64,000 nucleotides of DNA, from positions 8,801,490 to 8,865,489 of the forward strand of contig MU058844.1 of the NCBI GenBank assembly GCA_013265495.1, written 5' to 3'. The DNA is from Vicugna vicugna (lineage: Eukaryota). Position 1 is the first letter of the stretch, and each line of letters begins with the position of its first letter. Below the pieces are notes generated by a model, which was not told where the DNA came from, did no database searches, and saw nothing but the letters and a program-made list of their open reading frames with translations. Shown piece by piece: positions 1 through 15,371 of the stretch. Both the position numbers and the translations under genes were made by a program.

Positions 1-663
1 TCTCAAATAGTAACTTCTATATGAAATTAGATGTATATATCCGACAAAATTGATAGACTGTTGATTATTAAATGAATTACTGAAGATTTGATTAGGCTCC
101 ACTGAAAGGACAACCAGAAAAATGTAGTATTATCACTCTGTAAAATTAACTATTGGGTTATTTTAGATATTGACTCTCTTCTACACACATGAAGGCTGGA
201 AAACAATTGCTGAACCCCTATCTGGTCATTTTTAGTACATTATCTGAGGCCAATATATAGAGTTGCTGCCTGCTGGTTTTGGAGATGATTATCAATTTGG
301 GTCATTCATTTGTTCATTTATGAAATAATTACAGTAATAAATATAAAAGAACAGGCATTTATTGTGCAAAACCCTGGAGATTCACAATTGACAGAATAAC
401 TTGTTTTCTTCAGATAACATGAAATACTTCTTGAATCAAATTGCATACTGTTAACATGGACTTACAAGTTGAGTTTGTTATTTAAATTCTCTCAAGTTAG
501 ACACTTTTTTTCAGCTATCTTATAGAAAGAACTGCTTGATAAGGTAACTGAGCAAATATCAAGAAATATTTCACAGTGAAAACATTACTGATAACATTTA
601 CTAAGCTTTTACTCTGGGTAAGGCTATATATTAAATCATTCCTCATAACAAACTTAGGTCTGT

Positions 664-965
664 TGTATTGGTTAGACTGGGGAAAATTATTTTAAAAAAT
701 GGCTCATCCCAGTGGCTCAGTTAAATAGTCAAGAGGGATTATTCATGGTAGGTATGCAGGGGTTCTCCATGCAGTAATTCATCTGCCATTGGCAAGTGAA
801 ATGAGAAAGAAAGCATGAAGAAAAAACAATCTTCATAATATTGGCTCAGAAGAGAAAAAAATCATTTCTGTTCAGATTCCATCAGTAAGAACTAATAACA
901 TGGCTACATCTGTCTACAGTGGGAGTTGAGAAATGTAGTCTACAGAAGGGCAAAACTTGCCCAGC
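664..965 (-). mobile_element. Old MaLR LTR fragment
   Basis: TGTATTGGTTAG start; ACATGGCTACATCT...GAGAAATGTAGTC. Confidence 0.55.
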
Positions 966-1019
966 AAAACGTGACTAACATATAAGGAAAGAGAGTGAAC
1001 AACTAACATACCTGCCTAA

Positions 1020-1130
1020 TACGTGATACTATGATCCACATTTTACTGATGAGGAAACTGATTTGCAGAACTGTTAAGAAACTTGCTCAAGATTACATAG
1101 CTAATAAATGATATATTCCAGACTTTCATT
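1020..1130 (-). mobile_element. MIR SINE
   Basis: CATTTTACTGATGAGGAAACTGA core. Confidence 0.7.
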
Positions 1131-4100
1131 TGAGAGAGAGCCTTTTTATTTCTTGTCTCTTAATTCTCAACTACTATTTTTATTAATTTATATTAAATTG
1201 CAAGTTACTTTTAGAATATCCTTAGCGTTATCATGGTTATATTTTCTATTTCCCTAACTAGCATTTATATAATAGCAGAGACTGCCTTTTTCCATTTTTG
1301 TAACACTCTACTATATTTTGTGGCTCTGAGATCACTTCAACTCATAATCAATGCTCAGTAAATCTTATCTAAATGTCTGATTACAGATTAATATCTGAAC
1401 TAATGTAGAAACACAAGGCATGAGGTAGGAATTGATGTAAGAAAGGAATGGAAGTGACGGCTGAGTTCAGTGTCTTGACAAATTTTCAAAAATGAATTAT
1501 AACGTAGCAAGTTAAACTATTCATATAATCTCTGACCCAACCAATGAAACAATGCATGTGATGTAAAATATAATTAAACTTTTTTTTTCTTTTTGTATCA
1601 CTTGAAAAGGTCCTTTCTGTATAAGATGTTAATAGTGTATGATAAATAGAGGGATGGTTGCTGTAGAATGCTTGATTATTTTAAATGCATCAAGGTCTGA
1701 TTAAACGAACAATAGCTATACATTTATGTCAGTTTTTTTTCAAAAACAATAGAAATATTTTCCAACCCAGAGGAACCAAATTTTTTATGCAGATAATAAT
1801 TCAAAACACAGCATAGTTAAAAGTACTTTGATGGTCAGGTATAGTTGTTAACTTACTGAATATTCTCTAAAAATATTTTACATAACATTTCTCTCCAATT
1901 TCTATAGAATATTTTGAATATAGAGTTAAATAAGCAAATGTGTTAAATATGTTCTTTTGGAAGGGGAAGTTCAGATACCAGATATGATCATATCACAGTT
2001 GTAGAATTCATGGGAAATATCAAGATATATTATATGAATCATTCTAAAATTTTCCAAGTTGATCACATGTTGAAAAGATAGAGATAAACCTTGGAATTAA
2101 ATGAATGTTGTATTTCATATAGGATATGTGGAAAGGTAATGTCTTCATAAAAGAAAATTTAAGTGGCCTTTTTTTGACAGATTGAAATGCCTGGTCACTA
2201 TGTTGGTGATTATACAATTTTCTTTATAGACTGCTTCCAAATCTTAAACATACTATTTTCCCAAATTCACATATTACCTTTGGTGGTTTTAACATTTGTA
2301 AACTGCATTAACTATTATTTAATAAATACTGTATTTGAATTAACATTTCTTTTTCAACTTACAGAGATTTATTTTTAAAAACCTTATATTATATCTTTAA
2401 AAAGCATCAATTTCTATAAAAGGTAAAAGTTAATAATAATAGTTATTAAAATACAATTAATTAAACTAATTAAAATTAAAATTAATTAAAGCAAATGATT
2501 AAATAAAATAAACAAATTTTGTTAGATATTTAATTTATTTAAAAACATTAAATTTTTCCAGATAATTATTACTTGAAAAACATATATATCAAGTCTAGAC
2601 AGACGTTAAAGACAAATAGGCAACAAAGTGAGATTTTCCTTCCGAAATAATTAGAAAGACTGAAGAGAATATTTGTCTCATTATTTGATTTAATTTTCAA
2701 CATTGTGTTCACATAAATAAAATCATCTTTTATCACCAGTAGTATGATCCACAAATTGTGATGTATCAAGAAAATGTACTGAAGATTTTATTGGTATGAA
2801 GAGCATTAGTGTTTCTTAGGAGATTTGACTGCATCTTGAGCTTTTGTGTTATTGCTATAGAAAATGAGAAAATTGGTTTACTTATTGACAATAAAATAGG
2901 TCGTGAATTTTTGTTACAGATATTCTCTCTGCCTGAAGTGTCTTTACTCCAATTTCTGCCTGTTAAACACTTCTCTATTTTTTAAACCCCAAACTTAAGT
3001 GCCACCTCTTCTAAGAAATCTTTCATGATCACAGTCAGCAGAACATTTCTTCTTGATTTATAACTCTTGTCCTGGAATTTTATCTGGTTTAGTGTATGTC
3101 CCAGATTTTTTACTTTGTAATTATTACGAATAGTGCATTAAAGTTAGCAGACATGCAGTTGTTTGATTCCACTCTGCCCAGTTTCTAACATAATATTTTC
3201 CTGTAGTGTCTGAAATACATGTGCAGTGCACAGAGTTTCCACGTCAAAATGCACATAAAATGGCAAAACAACAAGTAACAATCTATCTCCTTTTCCCTAA
3301 TTTTTCCAGGTACCAGCTGACAAGCACCTCTCTTCACAGGCAGCATGAAGAGCAGTAACTAAGAGCAAGACCTTCTAGGACCCTGCAGGGCACTGATGTA
3401 ACCATCAGTTGTGTCATGGCCCCTTCACAGTCTGTAAGATACACGAAGCTGTGTGAAAACAGTTAGCAGCGTCAGCAGGAAATTACAGGCTAGGTGTGCA
3501 GAATGTGAGCAAGAAATAGAGGCCAAGCCCCCGGTTTAGAGTGTATGGAGATTCTAAATGTTTGTGCTTCGATGGTTTTGCCATTTATTGTTTGATGTAC
3601 ATACACAGTATTAAAATATGCATTTATTTTGTTTGTTAACATTTTGAAATTTTGTTTGCTTACATTTAACATCTGTCACAAGCCATAAGATGATAACAAT
3701 GGCCCATGAAAGTAAAAAGTCAGAAAATCTGCTTAAGAGGAATCAACATCTTCTTCAACGCAAATATTCATTTTAAGAAAATGCTGCACTGCAAGATGAA
3801 TTATTAACTCATGTAGCTGTAGATGTGTTTATGACTCTCTCCGAACCATGACTGTTTATTTATGGCAAATAACTATTCTTCTAAGCTAATTTCATGTTTT
3901 CCCCAAAATTTTCTTTTACATGTATAAAAAATGAAATAGTCACTATTAATGTGTTCATTCATTAGCAGAACTATGGAAACAGGTAAAGAATAATTAATTG
4001 CTTCATATTAATGATGTCTTTTTTGTTGGTGTTATTAGATGCCTCAGATAGAAAATCAGTTGAGTTAATCTAGTTTTTATTTCATGAAATCAAAGTAAAG

Positions 4101-5399
4101 CACTGGGAAGTTAATTTTGTACAGGATTAAAAATCTGACACTGTTATGAGCAATACTATAAATTCAGTTTAAAACTTCAACATTGAACATAAAATTAGTG
4201 AGTCTGTGGTGAAACTTCAAACATAAGTTTTGTTGGAGCAAAATGTCATGGAAAACCTGTTTTTTTTTTTATCAAATTAAGAATCTTTGGAGGAGTAATG
4301 TGATTTGATTCTGATTGCGGTGCACATACACATTTATAATTGCATAGAAACAAACTATGATATTCTACCGATCAAAATAATATTTGCAAGTATTTTTATT
4401 ATATACTGTTACCTAATTAAACTTTTATAGTGAAGCTGATATTAAATACTAACACTTCAGCATAGATTTAGGAGCTTGCCTTCCTTGCTCCCCACCCATC
4501 ACTAACTGGATTCGAAAAATGTTGAGCCTTTGATGAAACTATCCTGTAAATTAAGAGCTGTAGAAGAATACCGAGCTTATTTTATGAATGTGTTCTAAAT
4601 TGGTTGCACTTAGTCCCAAATCATTTGGAAGCCTGTAATCAATAAATGATGCAGTAACAGTCTACAGCTTTTGGAGCTTTTAGTAAGTTATAATTACTGA
4701 AAATGACACTTGCAAACAGGAATTCACTTGTTTCCCACCAAAGCAAGGGAGGAAGTGAACAAATTAGATGATGGGAAAATAAATGGTATATGAGATATTG
4801 TTTTTAAAGAGGGTAATTATTATTATACACTAATTTGTCTTAAGACTCTGAGGGAATTTGTATACTTAATTGAATAAATTTATATTCTATGTCAAAATTG
4901 AATTAACTTGAGAAGCCCAATGATTTTGCAATGTCTAAATTTTGTGAAATTTAAAAAAGCAAAAATAGAGTTAATTTAGTTTAGTTTGCTGTGAAATGTA
5001 AGAAAAAAATGTTCTGAGTGAAGGCAAAAAGACAAGTACACCTGAAAATATGTGGGTTGAGATAATGATTTATTTCAATATAAAAAAACAGAAGTGAGAG
5101 TATCCTTCATTTACCAGAATCTTCTGAGTTTCCTCTACCTAAGTGACTGCAGGGAGATTATTTTCTGAAAGAAGATTATGGTCTCTAGAAGAGTTTCAAT
5201 TGAATATGTCAACCATTTCAAATGTACTAACCATAAATGCAATTTTGAAGATAATTTCAGACAACTTTATAAAAACATAATGGGACCATTTATTCTTCAG
5301 AAAAAAAGCAGACATGACATTAGAACAGGATACATTTATGAAACTCATTAAAGTTTATGCATACTTATCAAGAATAATGTTGCTTAGGGAGTTCACTAA

Positions 5400-5880
5400 T
5401 GATTTTTTAAAACTATTAATTGAAGTATATGTGTACAAGTTCACAGATAATACGTGTACAGCTCTGTCGCGTTTCACTAATTGAACTCAAAGATGTAACC
5501 AGGAAACAGATCGAGAAACAGAACATTACCAAAAACACATAAACCGTTCTTATACCTAACTTCTACTTGCTATTAAGCTATAGATATGATTTGCCAGTTT
5601 TCAAACTTTATGTAAATGTACTCACATGTTATGTAGCCTTCTTTATTTGGCTTTTTATCTCAGTATTATGTTTTCAGAGTCACTCACATTTATAGTTGTG
5701 GTTAATTCATTCACATTGCTCTGTAGATTTCCAGTATGTGAATATACCAAAATTCATTTATACATCCTAATTTTGATGGACATCTTTTGGTAATTTCCAA
5801 TTTGGGCTATTGGAAATAGTATTTTATGAATATTTTAGAAAACATATACTCATTTTTGTTGAGGATATAGGAAGTCACAT
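5400..5880 (-). mobile_element. Old LINE-1 3' fragment (L1M type)
   Basis: Antisense L1 motifs such as GATGGACATC...TTTCCAATTTGGGCTATT. Confidence 0.7.
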
Positions 5881-6424
5881 GATTGTAGCTATGCTTATAA
5901 CTATTTTATACATTTACTACAAATAATAAAACAATTTTACAAGTCAATATATAAATATATTAAATTATGTGATTTGATTTTAGGTCCCCTTGTCCTTTCA
6001 AAATTGTCCCAGTTTGAAGAATAAAATAAATAATCACACTAATAATAATATGTTCTACTTTATAAGTCTACAAAGAAACTATTTTGTTGAGTGTGTTTTT
6101 TGTTCCCCAAATAAAAGGACATAACTATTTACTATGTAAAATGTATATGCAATTTGCTTTTAATGTAATTCAAGTTAAATATAGTTCAAGATGGAGCACT
6201 AACAGAAGATATGACATTCCTTGCTATTACTAAATTTTTTTCATATAGTAACCAAATCCAATTTCAAGTAATTCAAAGCACAAAAGTATTGGCAAAACTT
6301 TAACTAAATTGATATTATCCTTTAGAAGGGCATGCAGCCTTTAATCCTGATTTAGACTGTTTTTATGTATGTAACTCTAAAATGGTTTTCTTTTGTTTAA
6401 ATGTCTACAAGCCATAAAGCCCTA

Positions 6425-6650
6425 ATGAATTCATTCATTTATTTGATAAATGTTAATTGGGAACTTACTAGTGTCAACCACTGCCTGGGTATTGGGAGTA
6501 CAGTAATGAAGCAGACAACAGTTCTAGTGGGAAGAGGCAGATGGGAGGATACATATGTTATGAAGAAGTTAACTGGTGTGAGAAAGGATCAACTATGTAG
6601 TTACTGTATGGTGAGAGTCTCACAAAAGAAATAATGTTTAGGATGAGACT
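6425..6650 (-). mobile_element. L2 3' fragment
   Basis: ATTCATTCATTTATT start; ACAGTAATGAAGCAGACA; TTCTAGTGGGA. Confidence 0.6.
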
Positions 6651-6837
6651 TTCCAAAATGACCCAGTTGAAACAAAAGATGCTTCCAATATCTCAAGTTA
6701 TTTCAATGAGAAGAGAAAACATGTCACAAGTTCTTTCTATTCAGATACTAAATCAATCATCAGTAGGAGAAACAAAGTTTAGTTTTAGTTATGAAAGTTA
6801 GAATACAATAAGAAAATTACCTATCAATGTACTTTAC

Positions 6838-7115
6838 CAGCCCTTTCAAAATTTCATGAAGTATTGCTCTCTTTTCACTAGGAATTTGATTAAATAATTT
6901 TGACAATTGCAGCGTACTTTATTTTACTTCTATTGAATTTCAATGCACATTAGACTATTAAAGTATCTAAGAAGTCCTACAGTAGAGAAACTTAGAGAAA
7001 CTTATTTAATTGTATTTAACCAGAATCTTCCAAGATATTTAACTTTTTTTTTTTCATAAAACACCTATTAAAACCTATAGAAAACTTCTGGTGTATTAAA
7101 TATATTTTGAGATGT
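6838..7115. mobile_element. hAT-Charlie MITE, MER112-like
   Basis: AAGTCCTACAGTAGAGAAAC...TTTAACCAG. Confidence 0.5.
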
Positions 7116-7829
7116 TGGAAAATATGTCTTTATCACCAAACATTAAAAAGAAACCTGAAAATTTTAGTCACAGGAGAATAGCAAAAGGTGTATTTTAGAC
7201 AATATTTGGGAAGGATAAAAAAATGGATTGCTTAATTTAATCTTGAATGAATTCTGAAGGACTTAAGTCATCTATATTTGCTAATAGGTGACATGAATAA
7301 ATGTCATTGAGATGTCATTTGGTTCCATGTTTAGCTCTTATGTCTTGAATAATTCTGTGAACTCTAGCAAGGAAAGGTGGCCTGAGAAACAATTCTTTAC
7401 ATATATACATAATAAATAAATGTTAAATAAACATATATACACACATATATTCATATAGATTTTTCTTAGATTTTCATTCAAATAAATTATTAGTTGAAAA
7501 TGGAATATCTTATGATAGATCATGGAGTTAATTCATTTAAATATATATTTTTCTCAAATTGATTTAAATAATTTCCTTATTTGTTTAGCATCCATTTATG
7601 AAGGGCTTTCCATAGCCCTAAGACCTTCACTATTCTAAATACACTTTAATTCCAGAAGCCCAGCAGGATTAGGCATGGTTAAAGCTTGCATGAAAAGAAG
7701 GAGGGTTGGTCAGGGTCTCACCCCATTTCAAAGCACTTTATTTAGTATTGTTCTGAATATGGAAGGCATCTGGTCTTTTATTCTCATTGGTTTGCTTCAC
7801 TCAAGTATTAGCGCAATCTGTATGTCTGA

Positions 7830-7850
7830 AAACAACAACAACAACAACAA
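7830..7850. repeat. (AAC)n microsatellite
   Basis: AACAACAACAACAACAAC. Confidence 0.9.
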
Positions 7851-9644
7851 AAACTATACATCCTGTAGAATATGGGCTTTGTTAGGCCTTGACCAAATGA
7901 TGCAGGCCATGTTAAGGATTTTGAAGTCCATCCTAAGATCAAAAGAAAAACACTGAAGATCTTTCAAATGACATGATCAAATTTGCATTTAAAAATGATT
8001 TGGGGTGAATAGATTGGACTGAGAGAAAAACAGTAAGCTGAAGTTCAGAACAGATGTTCAGTTTACTACTTCCTCCTCATTTTGATTATAGATCTCCTTC
8101 CTTGCTGTTATCTCCCACTGTAAGCAGATTTCTGAATCAACTCCACTTGTAAAATCTGCACTCATCAATACCAGGTATCGAACATCAAAGGAGAAAGAAT
8201 CAAGAAGCAGACTCTCAGCAGAGGGGAGGAGGAATTACAAGCTGGGGCCATAGCCAATGGGTGCAGGAAATACGAATGCAATAGTAGTAGATAGTGAATG
8301 CTTCAAAGCCAAGAGTCTTAAGATCACTGCTCATATCAATTTCACTTAATTTCTATTTCTTGACAAGCTCTTTGGCCTAGTAATACAGAAGAATGATAAA
8401 TGTTAGGGATTAATACTATATTTATATCATATTTTAAACTTTTCACTGAAAGAGAAAACAGTTTGAAGAGGTAAGGAGACAAATAGGACAAGTAGTAAGA
8501 AAAATTATTTTAAAATGATAATACTTAATCCTGAATGATATTCTGGATGTGTAGATTTTTGCTTTGGCTCACAAACCTGAAGATAAATCATATTCCAGTT
8601 GATTAATTATTTTTGCTAAACTCATAGAGGTTATATTTGGTATTCAAATGGAATTTATCACTTTTCAAGTAACTTATAACTTACAAACTTACTGTTTACT
8701 TTTCAACTCATCTCATGTACGTTATGACCAAAGAAAGGTAATGTTTTAAAGTATAATTATCCTTTGAATTGTATTTATAGTGATAATTATTTTCTTAAAA
8801 TTCTTTTATTATGAAAAACCTTTTGCTTTGATTATATCAAAGAAAACGAGATCTATTAAGCCATACATTTTATATGAGATATAACATATAGATTTTGCAT
8901 GGACCTAAGAAATTCAACATATTTTACTTGATAACTGATGCTCATGGTGCTAAACGTTTTTCTCACAAAACACAGAAAAATAAGTACAAGCTTAATCAGG
9001 TAAATAAATTATCTTTTATTTTTTATTTCCATTTTTTTTACATAGATTTTGTCGAATTTTAACATCAAATATTGTGTGAAATATGTTAAATTCACTCATT
9101 TGTATTATTTAATTAGAAGTCTATTAGTACTACAAAATTAAGTATGCAATAAAATAAACTAATAGAAACATTTTTCAAGAGATGTCAATAGTAGATAGGA
9201 GAATGGAGGCATCCTGAAAACTACAGGTTACTGAAGACACAAGCTCTGCACCACACTCCTATTGGAAAACCACAGCCAGGTGAATTATAAGCCTCATTTC
9301 TGAAGGGCAAAAGGAAGTAGCAATTTAAGAGTACTAGTGTTAATGGTATAAAATTATTAATCATTATGAAGAAACACATTTTCCTTAAAAATTCTTTCAT
9401 CTTTTAAATATATATAAAAATATATATTTAAGTGATTCATCATGTCAGGATACTAATTTTAAAAGATTCACGATCTTGTCAGCAAAGCCTTACAAAGCAT
9501 GAAGAAAGTAGAAGGGAGTAGTAGGATCTCTGGGTACCTCTTCAGCTGAACTTATCACAGTTAAAAGTAATGACTTTCTCTACATTTTCAAAGCATTTGA
9601 TTATATCTCTTCTTGTGTGAGAGTACGTGTATGTGTCTGTGTGT

Positions 9645-11090
9645 ATATTTTAAAATTGAAGCCTACATCTATACAGTTAATTGCACTAATTTTAAGCATA
9701 TGTCTGGAGGACTTTTAGCATATGATTTTTCAGTATGAATGCACTCATCTAACCACTACCCAGATAAAAATATTGAACTCCAGAAGATTCCTTCATTCTG
9801 TGCTCCATCCCAGGGTTCTTCCTCTAGAGATAACCAATATTCTGATATCTATCACCATAGATTTGTTTCATCTATTCTTGAAGCTAATATAAATTGAGTT
9901 GTACAGTACGCATGAGTTCTTTCAATCAGCATTTTGTGAGATCAACCTATATGTGGTTATTAGTAATTTGTTCTTTTTTATTGCTGTGTAACATTCCTCT
10001 ATGTATGCATAATACATAATCTATATATCCATTCTCCTGTTTATGGCTATTTAAGTTTTTTCAAGAGCTTGGGTATTGTGAATAAAGCTTCTAAGAACAA
10101 ATCATTTGTAACACACATCCACTCTAAGGAATATTGAATAGTAGGAATAATGGGTCGAAGGTAAATGTAGGTTTAATTTTCATAAATACTACCTAAAAGT
10201 TTGCCAAAGTGGTTGTCCAGTTTACACTACCACCAGCAAGGTATAAAGGTTTTCCTTACTTCCCCTCTGTTCTAACACTTGGAACATTATCTCATTTCAA
10301 TTTTAATCACTGTGGTGTGTGTTCTGTGGTTTTAATTTGAATTTCTTTAATTAATGATGTGAAACTTTTCATATGCTTATTGACCATTTGAATATCCTCT
10401 TTTGTGAAGTGCTTGGTCAGTTTTTGGTTATTTATTTATTTTTTGAAATAGAGATTTAAAAAAAACTTTTCTGCTTAGTAGAGTTTTTTATATTCTCAAT
10501 ATGAGTCCTTTGTCCATCACATTTATTATGAATATTTTCTTCTGGTATGTCTTACTTATTAATGCTCCTAATAATTTTTGATGAACAGATGATAATTTTA
10601 ATTTAATGCTGTACAGTTAGCAATTTTCAGGTAATTTTTTTGTGTGTCTTACCTAAGGAAACTTTGCCTACTCTAAAGTTGTGAAAATATACTCCTGTAT
10701 TTCCTTCTAGAGGTATTATTATTTTACCTTTCTCTTTTGGATCAATAGTCAAAATGAATTTCTTCTTTATTACGGTAAATATAGTAGTAGAGATTTATTT
10801 CTTTCTTATTTATATTTAACTTCCTGGTACCATTTATTGAAAATGCCACCCATTTTCCACTGACTGGCATTGGCATGTTTATTTATAAATAAAATGACTT
10901 AGTACACATAAATCTGCTTCTTGATTCTGTATTCTAGTCACTTAACTTTACTTGAATATCCTTATGCCAATATCATACTATCTTAATTATTAAAGCATTA
11001 TAGTAACCCTTGTAATCATATAATGTTCAAGTGTTATAAAATTTCTTCCTAAAAATTATCTTTGCTATTCGAGGTCCTTTGGATTTTAGT
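9645..11090 (-). mobile_element. Old LINE-1 3' fragment (L1ME-like), about 1.4 kb
   Basis: Ordered antisense L1 motifs: CCAAAGTGGTTG, TTTTCATATGCTTATTGACCATTTG, CATTTATTGAAAA. Confidence 0.82.
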
Positions 11091-12036
11091 AAATATTGTT
11101 TGAGAGCTCTTGTTGGGTTAGATAAAGATCAGTTCATTTTTTAGTCTGTAAATCTTTATTACAGTAAGCAAGGCTTTATTACTTTACTATAATATTACTT
11201 TATTACTCTTTCATTAGCAAAAATCCTTCCATAGTAAAACTGGAAAACGTTCCAGTGAGACACAATTTTTTTATGGGCCATTATAGATTCTGTAGTGTGC
11301 TGTTGGAAATGCTCAGAATATCTAGACTCATCAAATGATATGTAAGAATAGGAAATTCAAAATGTATCTGAACTCATATTGAAACAAATGTCATTAAGCT
11401 AAAATAAAATGCCAAAGAATTATCAAGGAAATGTATAGTTCAGCAGTTCAAAAGTTTAGAAAAATACTATGATAGGGTTGTGGGGGTTTTTTTTACCTTT
11501 AATGCAATTTGAAGAGATCCTTTATATAGCTTTGAAGATTAAAAACATTTTTTAAATTTCAAAACTCTTCCATGACTCCTTAGCAGAAGCAGGAAGAAGA
11601 TAAGTTGTTAGCTAGAGAAGGATGTTTGTTTAAGAAGGTTTTGTGCTTGCTGCTTGTTGGATTATAGGCTTGATCATGTTTAAATGCAAACACTGGAAAA
11701 AGAGAAAACTTGAATATAAAGGAAAGAGAAATAATAACCAATGGTGTGACTTGAACCAGCTACTGAACAATTTTTATTAACTTATACTATCTATGAGATT
11801 CTTATTTATATGAAATGTCCATGTCATAACTTGATCGTCCATAAACCAGAAAGATAAACTATTCATAATTCAATAAAGGGAATGTTGCTAAAACTAACAA
11901 GTAAAGCAATCATCTGACAAATTCTATTAAATTATTCTGTTTGGATTTTAATGAAAATTACTAAGTACCATAAAGGAACAAAAATCAAAGCTCGAAGGCA
12001 TGTGCTTCAAAAGCTTTCTTTCAAATAAAGGAGGTA

Positions 12037-12165
12037 AAGAATAACCATCCTTCCTCATTTCCTCAGGGCAGAGTTTATACCTGTGTTCCTGATTTAATTA
12101 ATAAGATGCCCCTTTCATTCTCAAAGGTGGTCTTGTTAGGTCAATAAATCATACAGTCACCCTAG
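12037..12165 (-). mobile_element. MER94-like hAT-Blackjack MITE
   Basis: GCCCCTTTCATTCTCAAAGGTG...AATAAATCATACAGTCACCCTA matches the reverse of the recalled MER94 consensus. Confidence 0.7.
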
Positions 12166-13173
12166 AGATGATTCATATAAGCCAATAACTAAAATATAAA
12201 GTGGTAAGTAATTAGTATTAGGAAATAAGGTAAGTACAACAAAGAAAGCACCATTGGAATTCATAATTGGGTGAGTTCAGTTCTCCTAGTGATCAGGGAA
12301 GGCTTCAAAGCAGAGGTGGCAGTTATGTCACATCTTAAAGAAAGAGGAAGTTTTCAATGGAAATAAGATGGAGGGCAGGCAGTTTATTCAAAACATGTGC
12401 ATATTTAATGTAAAAATCACTCACATTAAAGTTTGAATGTAGGTTACAATGTAGACTTCTTTTTCTATAACAAACCTGGTTTTATTACTAACTCTGCACC
12501 CATTGCTCAGTGGGAGAGATTTTTACATTTTAGTTTTATCCAGTTGTAATTCTCACCCATTAAGATATTTTAATCAAGAGACATACACACTAAAACAAAA
12601 TGCTCAGTCTCCCATACTTTTTAATCTTCCATTCAGAAGAGTATTTACTATGAAGTATTTGCAGTATTTTAACATGGCTGATCTTTTATAAAAATTTTAA
12701 GAGTAATACTCTATTTAATTCTAATTAGCCAAGACTGCTGCATTTTTTTACTCCAACAATACTTCCATTACTTTTCCTCATCTTGAGTGAAAGGAGAGTG
12801 GATGCTGGTATTTTGGGATTCCAAGGAAAGAAGGAGAATTTGAGGTAGGATTATGTTTAGTTTGGGTTAAGTGTGATATATTTTTGAAGGTCACCCTTAC
12901 TGCCATGTAGACTTCTGTTCATGACAGCCATCCCAGTGTAGCAACGGCTTCCCAAAACTACTACTAGTGTCTACTGTGATAACTCATTATGCTTCATGAT
13001 ATGAGGATGCAGGATAAGAGGACTTAATATCATATGAATATGTTTTATGGCATCAAAGGCCACAAGTATGGGAGTAGTGGTGAAGAAAAAGAAGTCTAAA
13101 ATGTACGGAGCCAGAGCTAAGCTGTTAAAAAAAATTCTTCCAATTATCAAATTGTAAAATTGTCTAGGAAGTC

Positions 13174-13332
13174 GCTCTGTTTCTGTCTCTGTCTACTTCT
13201 CTCTCTGTTTCTACTTCTGTCTCTCTCCCTGTCTTTCTGTCTCTCTGTCTTTCACTCTGCTTCTGTGCCTCTCTGTCTCTGTCTCCCTCTTGCTGTGTGT
13301 CAGCCCTTATTTGTCTCTGTCTCTCTCTCACT
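13174..13332. repeat. (CT)/(CTGTCT)-rich simple repeat
   Basis: Directly visible degenerate TC/TG tract. Confidence 0.9.
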
Positions 13333-13379
13333 CAATTATGTATGATGGACACCGCTCGACACAGAATTGACAAAAATCC

Positions 13380-14010
13380 TGTTTTGTAGAGCACAAACCT
13401 GTGGCAATACTACTGAGAGTCAGGACTGAAATCAAGGACCAGTAACACCCATAATCTCTTTCCTTTCAGTTTGGAAAGCCTGATGATGCCCCCTGACAGA
13501 TTTAGTCTCATCTCAGTACTTTCTGTGACTCCCCACTTGGGTAGTTCACCTGCCTAAGTGATTTCAAAACTACTCTTGGAAGCTCAGCAGCCAGTACCCT
13601 CACTACCCTCTGGGTCCCACCTCAATTCATGCAAGAACCTTGGGGAGTGAGACCCTACCATTATTGCCTAACTATGTCATATGACCACTTATTCTGATAT
13701 GGGAACACCAAGATTGATGTAGGAGAGGGTAACACCTGGGAGGTAACTTTATTCCATAATGGAAAAGGAAATGGACCAGGACATCCCCTCTCTCTCATTT
13801 AGCTGATTCTTCCTTCCATGTCAAAGACTAGAAAGGAAAAATCAGAAGAGGAGTTTCACCAGTTTCCTTTTCTTCTCTTTCCCCTGCTTCCACAATCTCA
13901 TGGAACAGAGAAGGACTTGCTTAGTCCCATCCCCTATGTCCTAACATTTTTCTACTAAGAACAGAAAGCTTTAAAGCCTAGCTGTCACAGGAGGAAGAGG
14001 CGTCTTCAGT
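13380..14010. mobile_element. Possible ancient LTR-like element
   Basis: Block of raised GC, pyrimidine-rich; composition-based only. Confidence 0.3.
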
Positions 14011-14719
14011 TTGCTGTGGCTATGTCCTTTACTACTACTCCTCAAAATGTTAAATGGGAGCAGTCTGGTCATTTTTTTTCTCTCCATAGAGCCAGTTCTT
14101 TCATGTCCAATGTCTTACTAAAGAAAGCAAAGTCCTACCCTCTCCTTCCCAGGAGCTATAAACTTCCTGGCTTGGTTCTGGAGGTGGGAGATGGAAAACT
14201 TAAACGTGATTTAAAGGGGATATTAAAATGCATTTGGGTCATCATCTGCAAAATATTAATCTTGATACACAAGGTTGTATCCTATAGCAGTTTTTCTTCT
14301 TCCCTTATCTTGTTCATAACCCTTCTTTTACAGAATACAGAAAAATGATGAAAACAAATCGTGAAGCACCTGAAAAGTATAGAAAATTGGTATTTTTAAC
14401 TTTAAAAAAAAGGAGAGTTTTGCCTCACCTATTGTTAGTACCCTTGAAACTATACATTTTATTTTCCTGAGATGAAAGATTCTCATGACCAAAGTTCAAG
14501 AAGCAATAACTATATAAAAGTATTGAAACTCTGATGAATATGAATAAAAACAATGAGGTTACATTTTTATCAGCACTCTGTCATCACTTACAGCAAAACT
14601 CTCAAATTACACTTCTGATGTATTTTATTTTAAATACATATTTAACAAAAATTAGTTAAATTATGTAATTATACTACCAAATGGTAACAGAGACTCCAAA
14701 TTTCTCTTACAGAATATAC

Positions 14720-15300
14720 TGATGCCTAAAATAACATGCCTAAAAATAACATAATAAGAATTTCCTTCAGCTTATCATATTTTCTGTGATAGGAAGAAAG
14801 GGAGGATTTCTGTGTTTTAGAATTATTTTTTCAATCACTGCAACTATTTATGTTAGATATTTGCTCTACTAGGATAACAAGGCTGTTAATTTTTTTCACG
14901 GTCAAAAATCTGGAGTTACATGGTCCAGGTTTAGCAAAGATACTCAAGAATGTCTTTAGGGACCCATGCTTCTTCTATCCTTCTCTTCCATCCTTAATAT
15001 ATACCTTTTTACCTCTGGCCACTGAAAACCACTGTAAACCACTCAACTGATCATCATGTTCACATTCTAAAGAGGAGGCAGGAGATAAGGGAAAATCAAA
15101 GGCAAAAGCCTTATTTTCAAGAGATTTGGACACTTCATTCAAGAGGTAAAGCCTGAGGCATCCTTGCACTTTCTACTGGCCAAAACTCTATCCTGATCAA
15201 ACCTGTAAGGACGTTGTAAAGAGATTGGAGTAATGAGTACTTTGCTTCCCAGTCTCTGAAGGAGAGGAAGGAAAAGAGGTTTCCGGTAAGTTGTGAGTGA
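14720..15300 (-). mobile_element. Old MaLR LTR fragment (MLT1K-like)
   Basis: AGGGACCCATGCTTCTTCTATC, CTACTGGCCAAAACT. Confidence 0.5.
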
Positions 15301-15371
15301 GCAAACTGCCAGTATTTGCCATACTGATATAAGGCTATCTTTTGGCATGAGTTCAAACTTAAAGAAACTTT

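Noticed and set aside
13160..13345. Leu/Ser/Cys-rich ORF
   Set aside because: Translation of a CT simple repeat.
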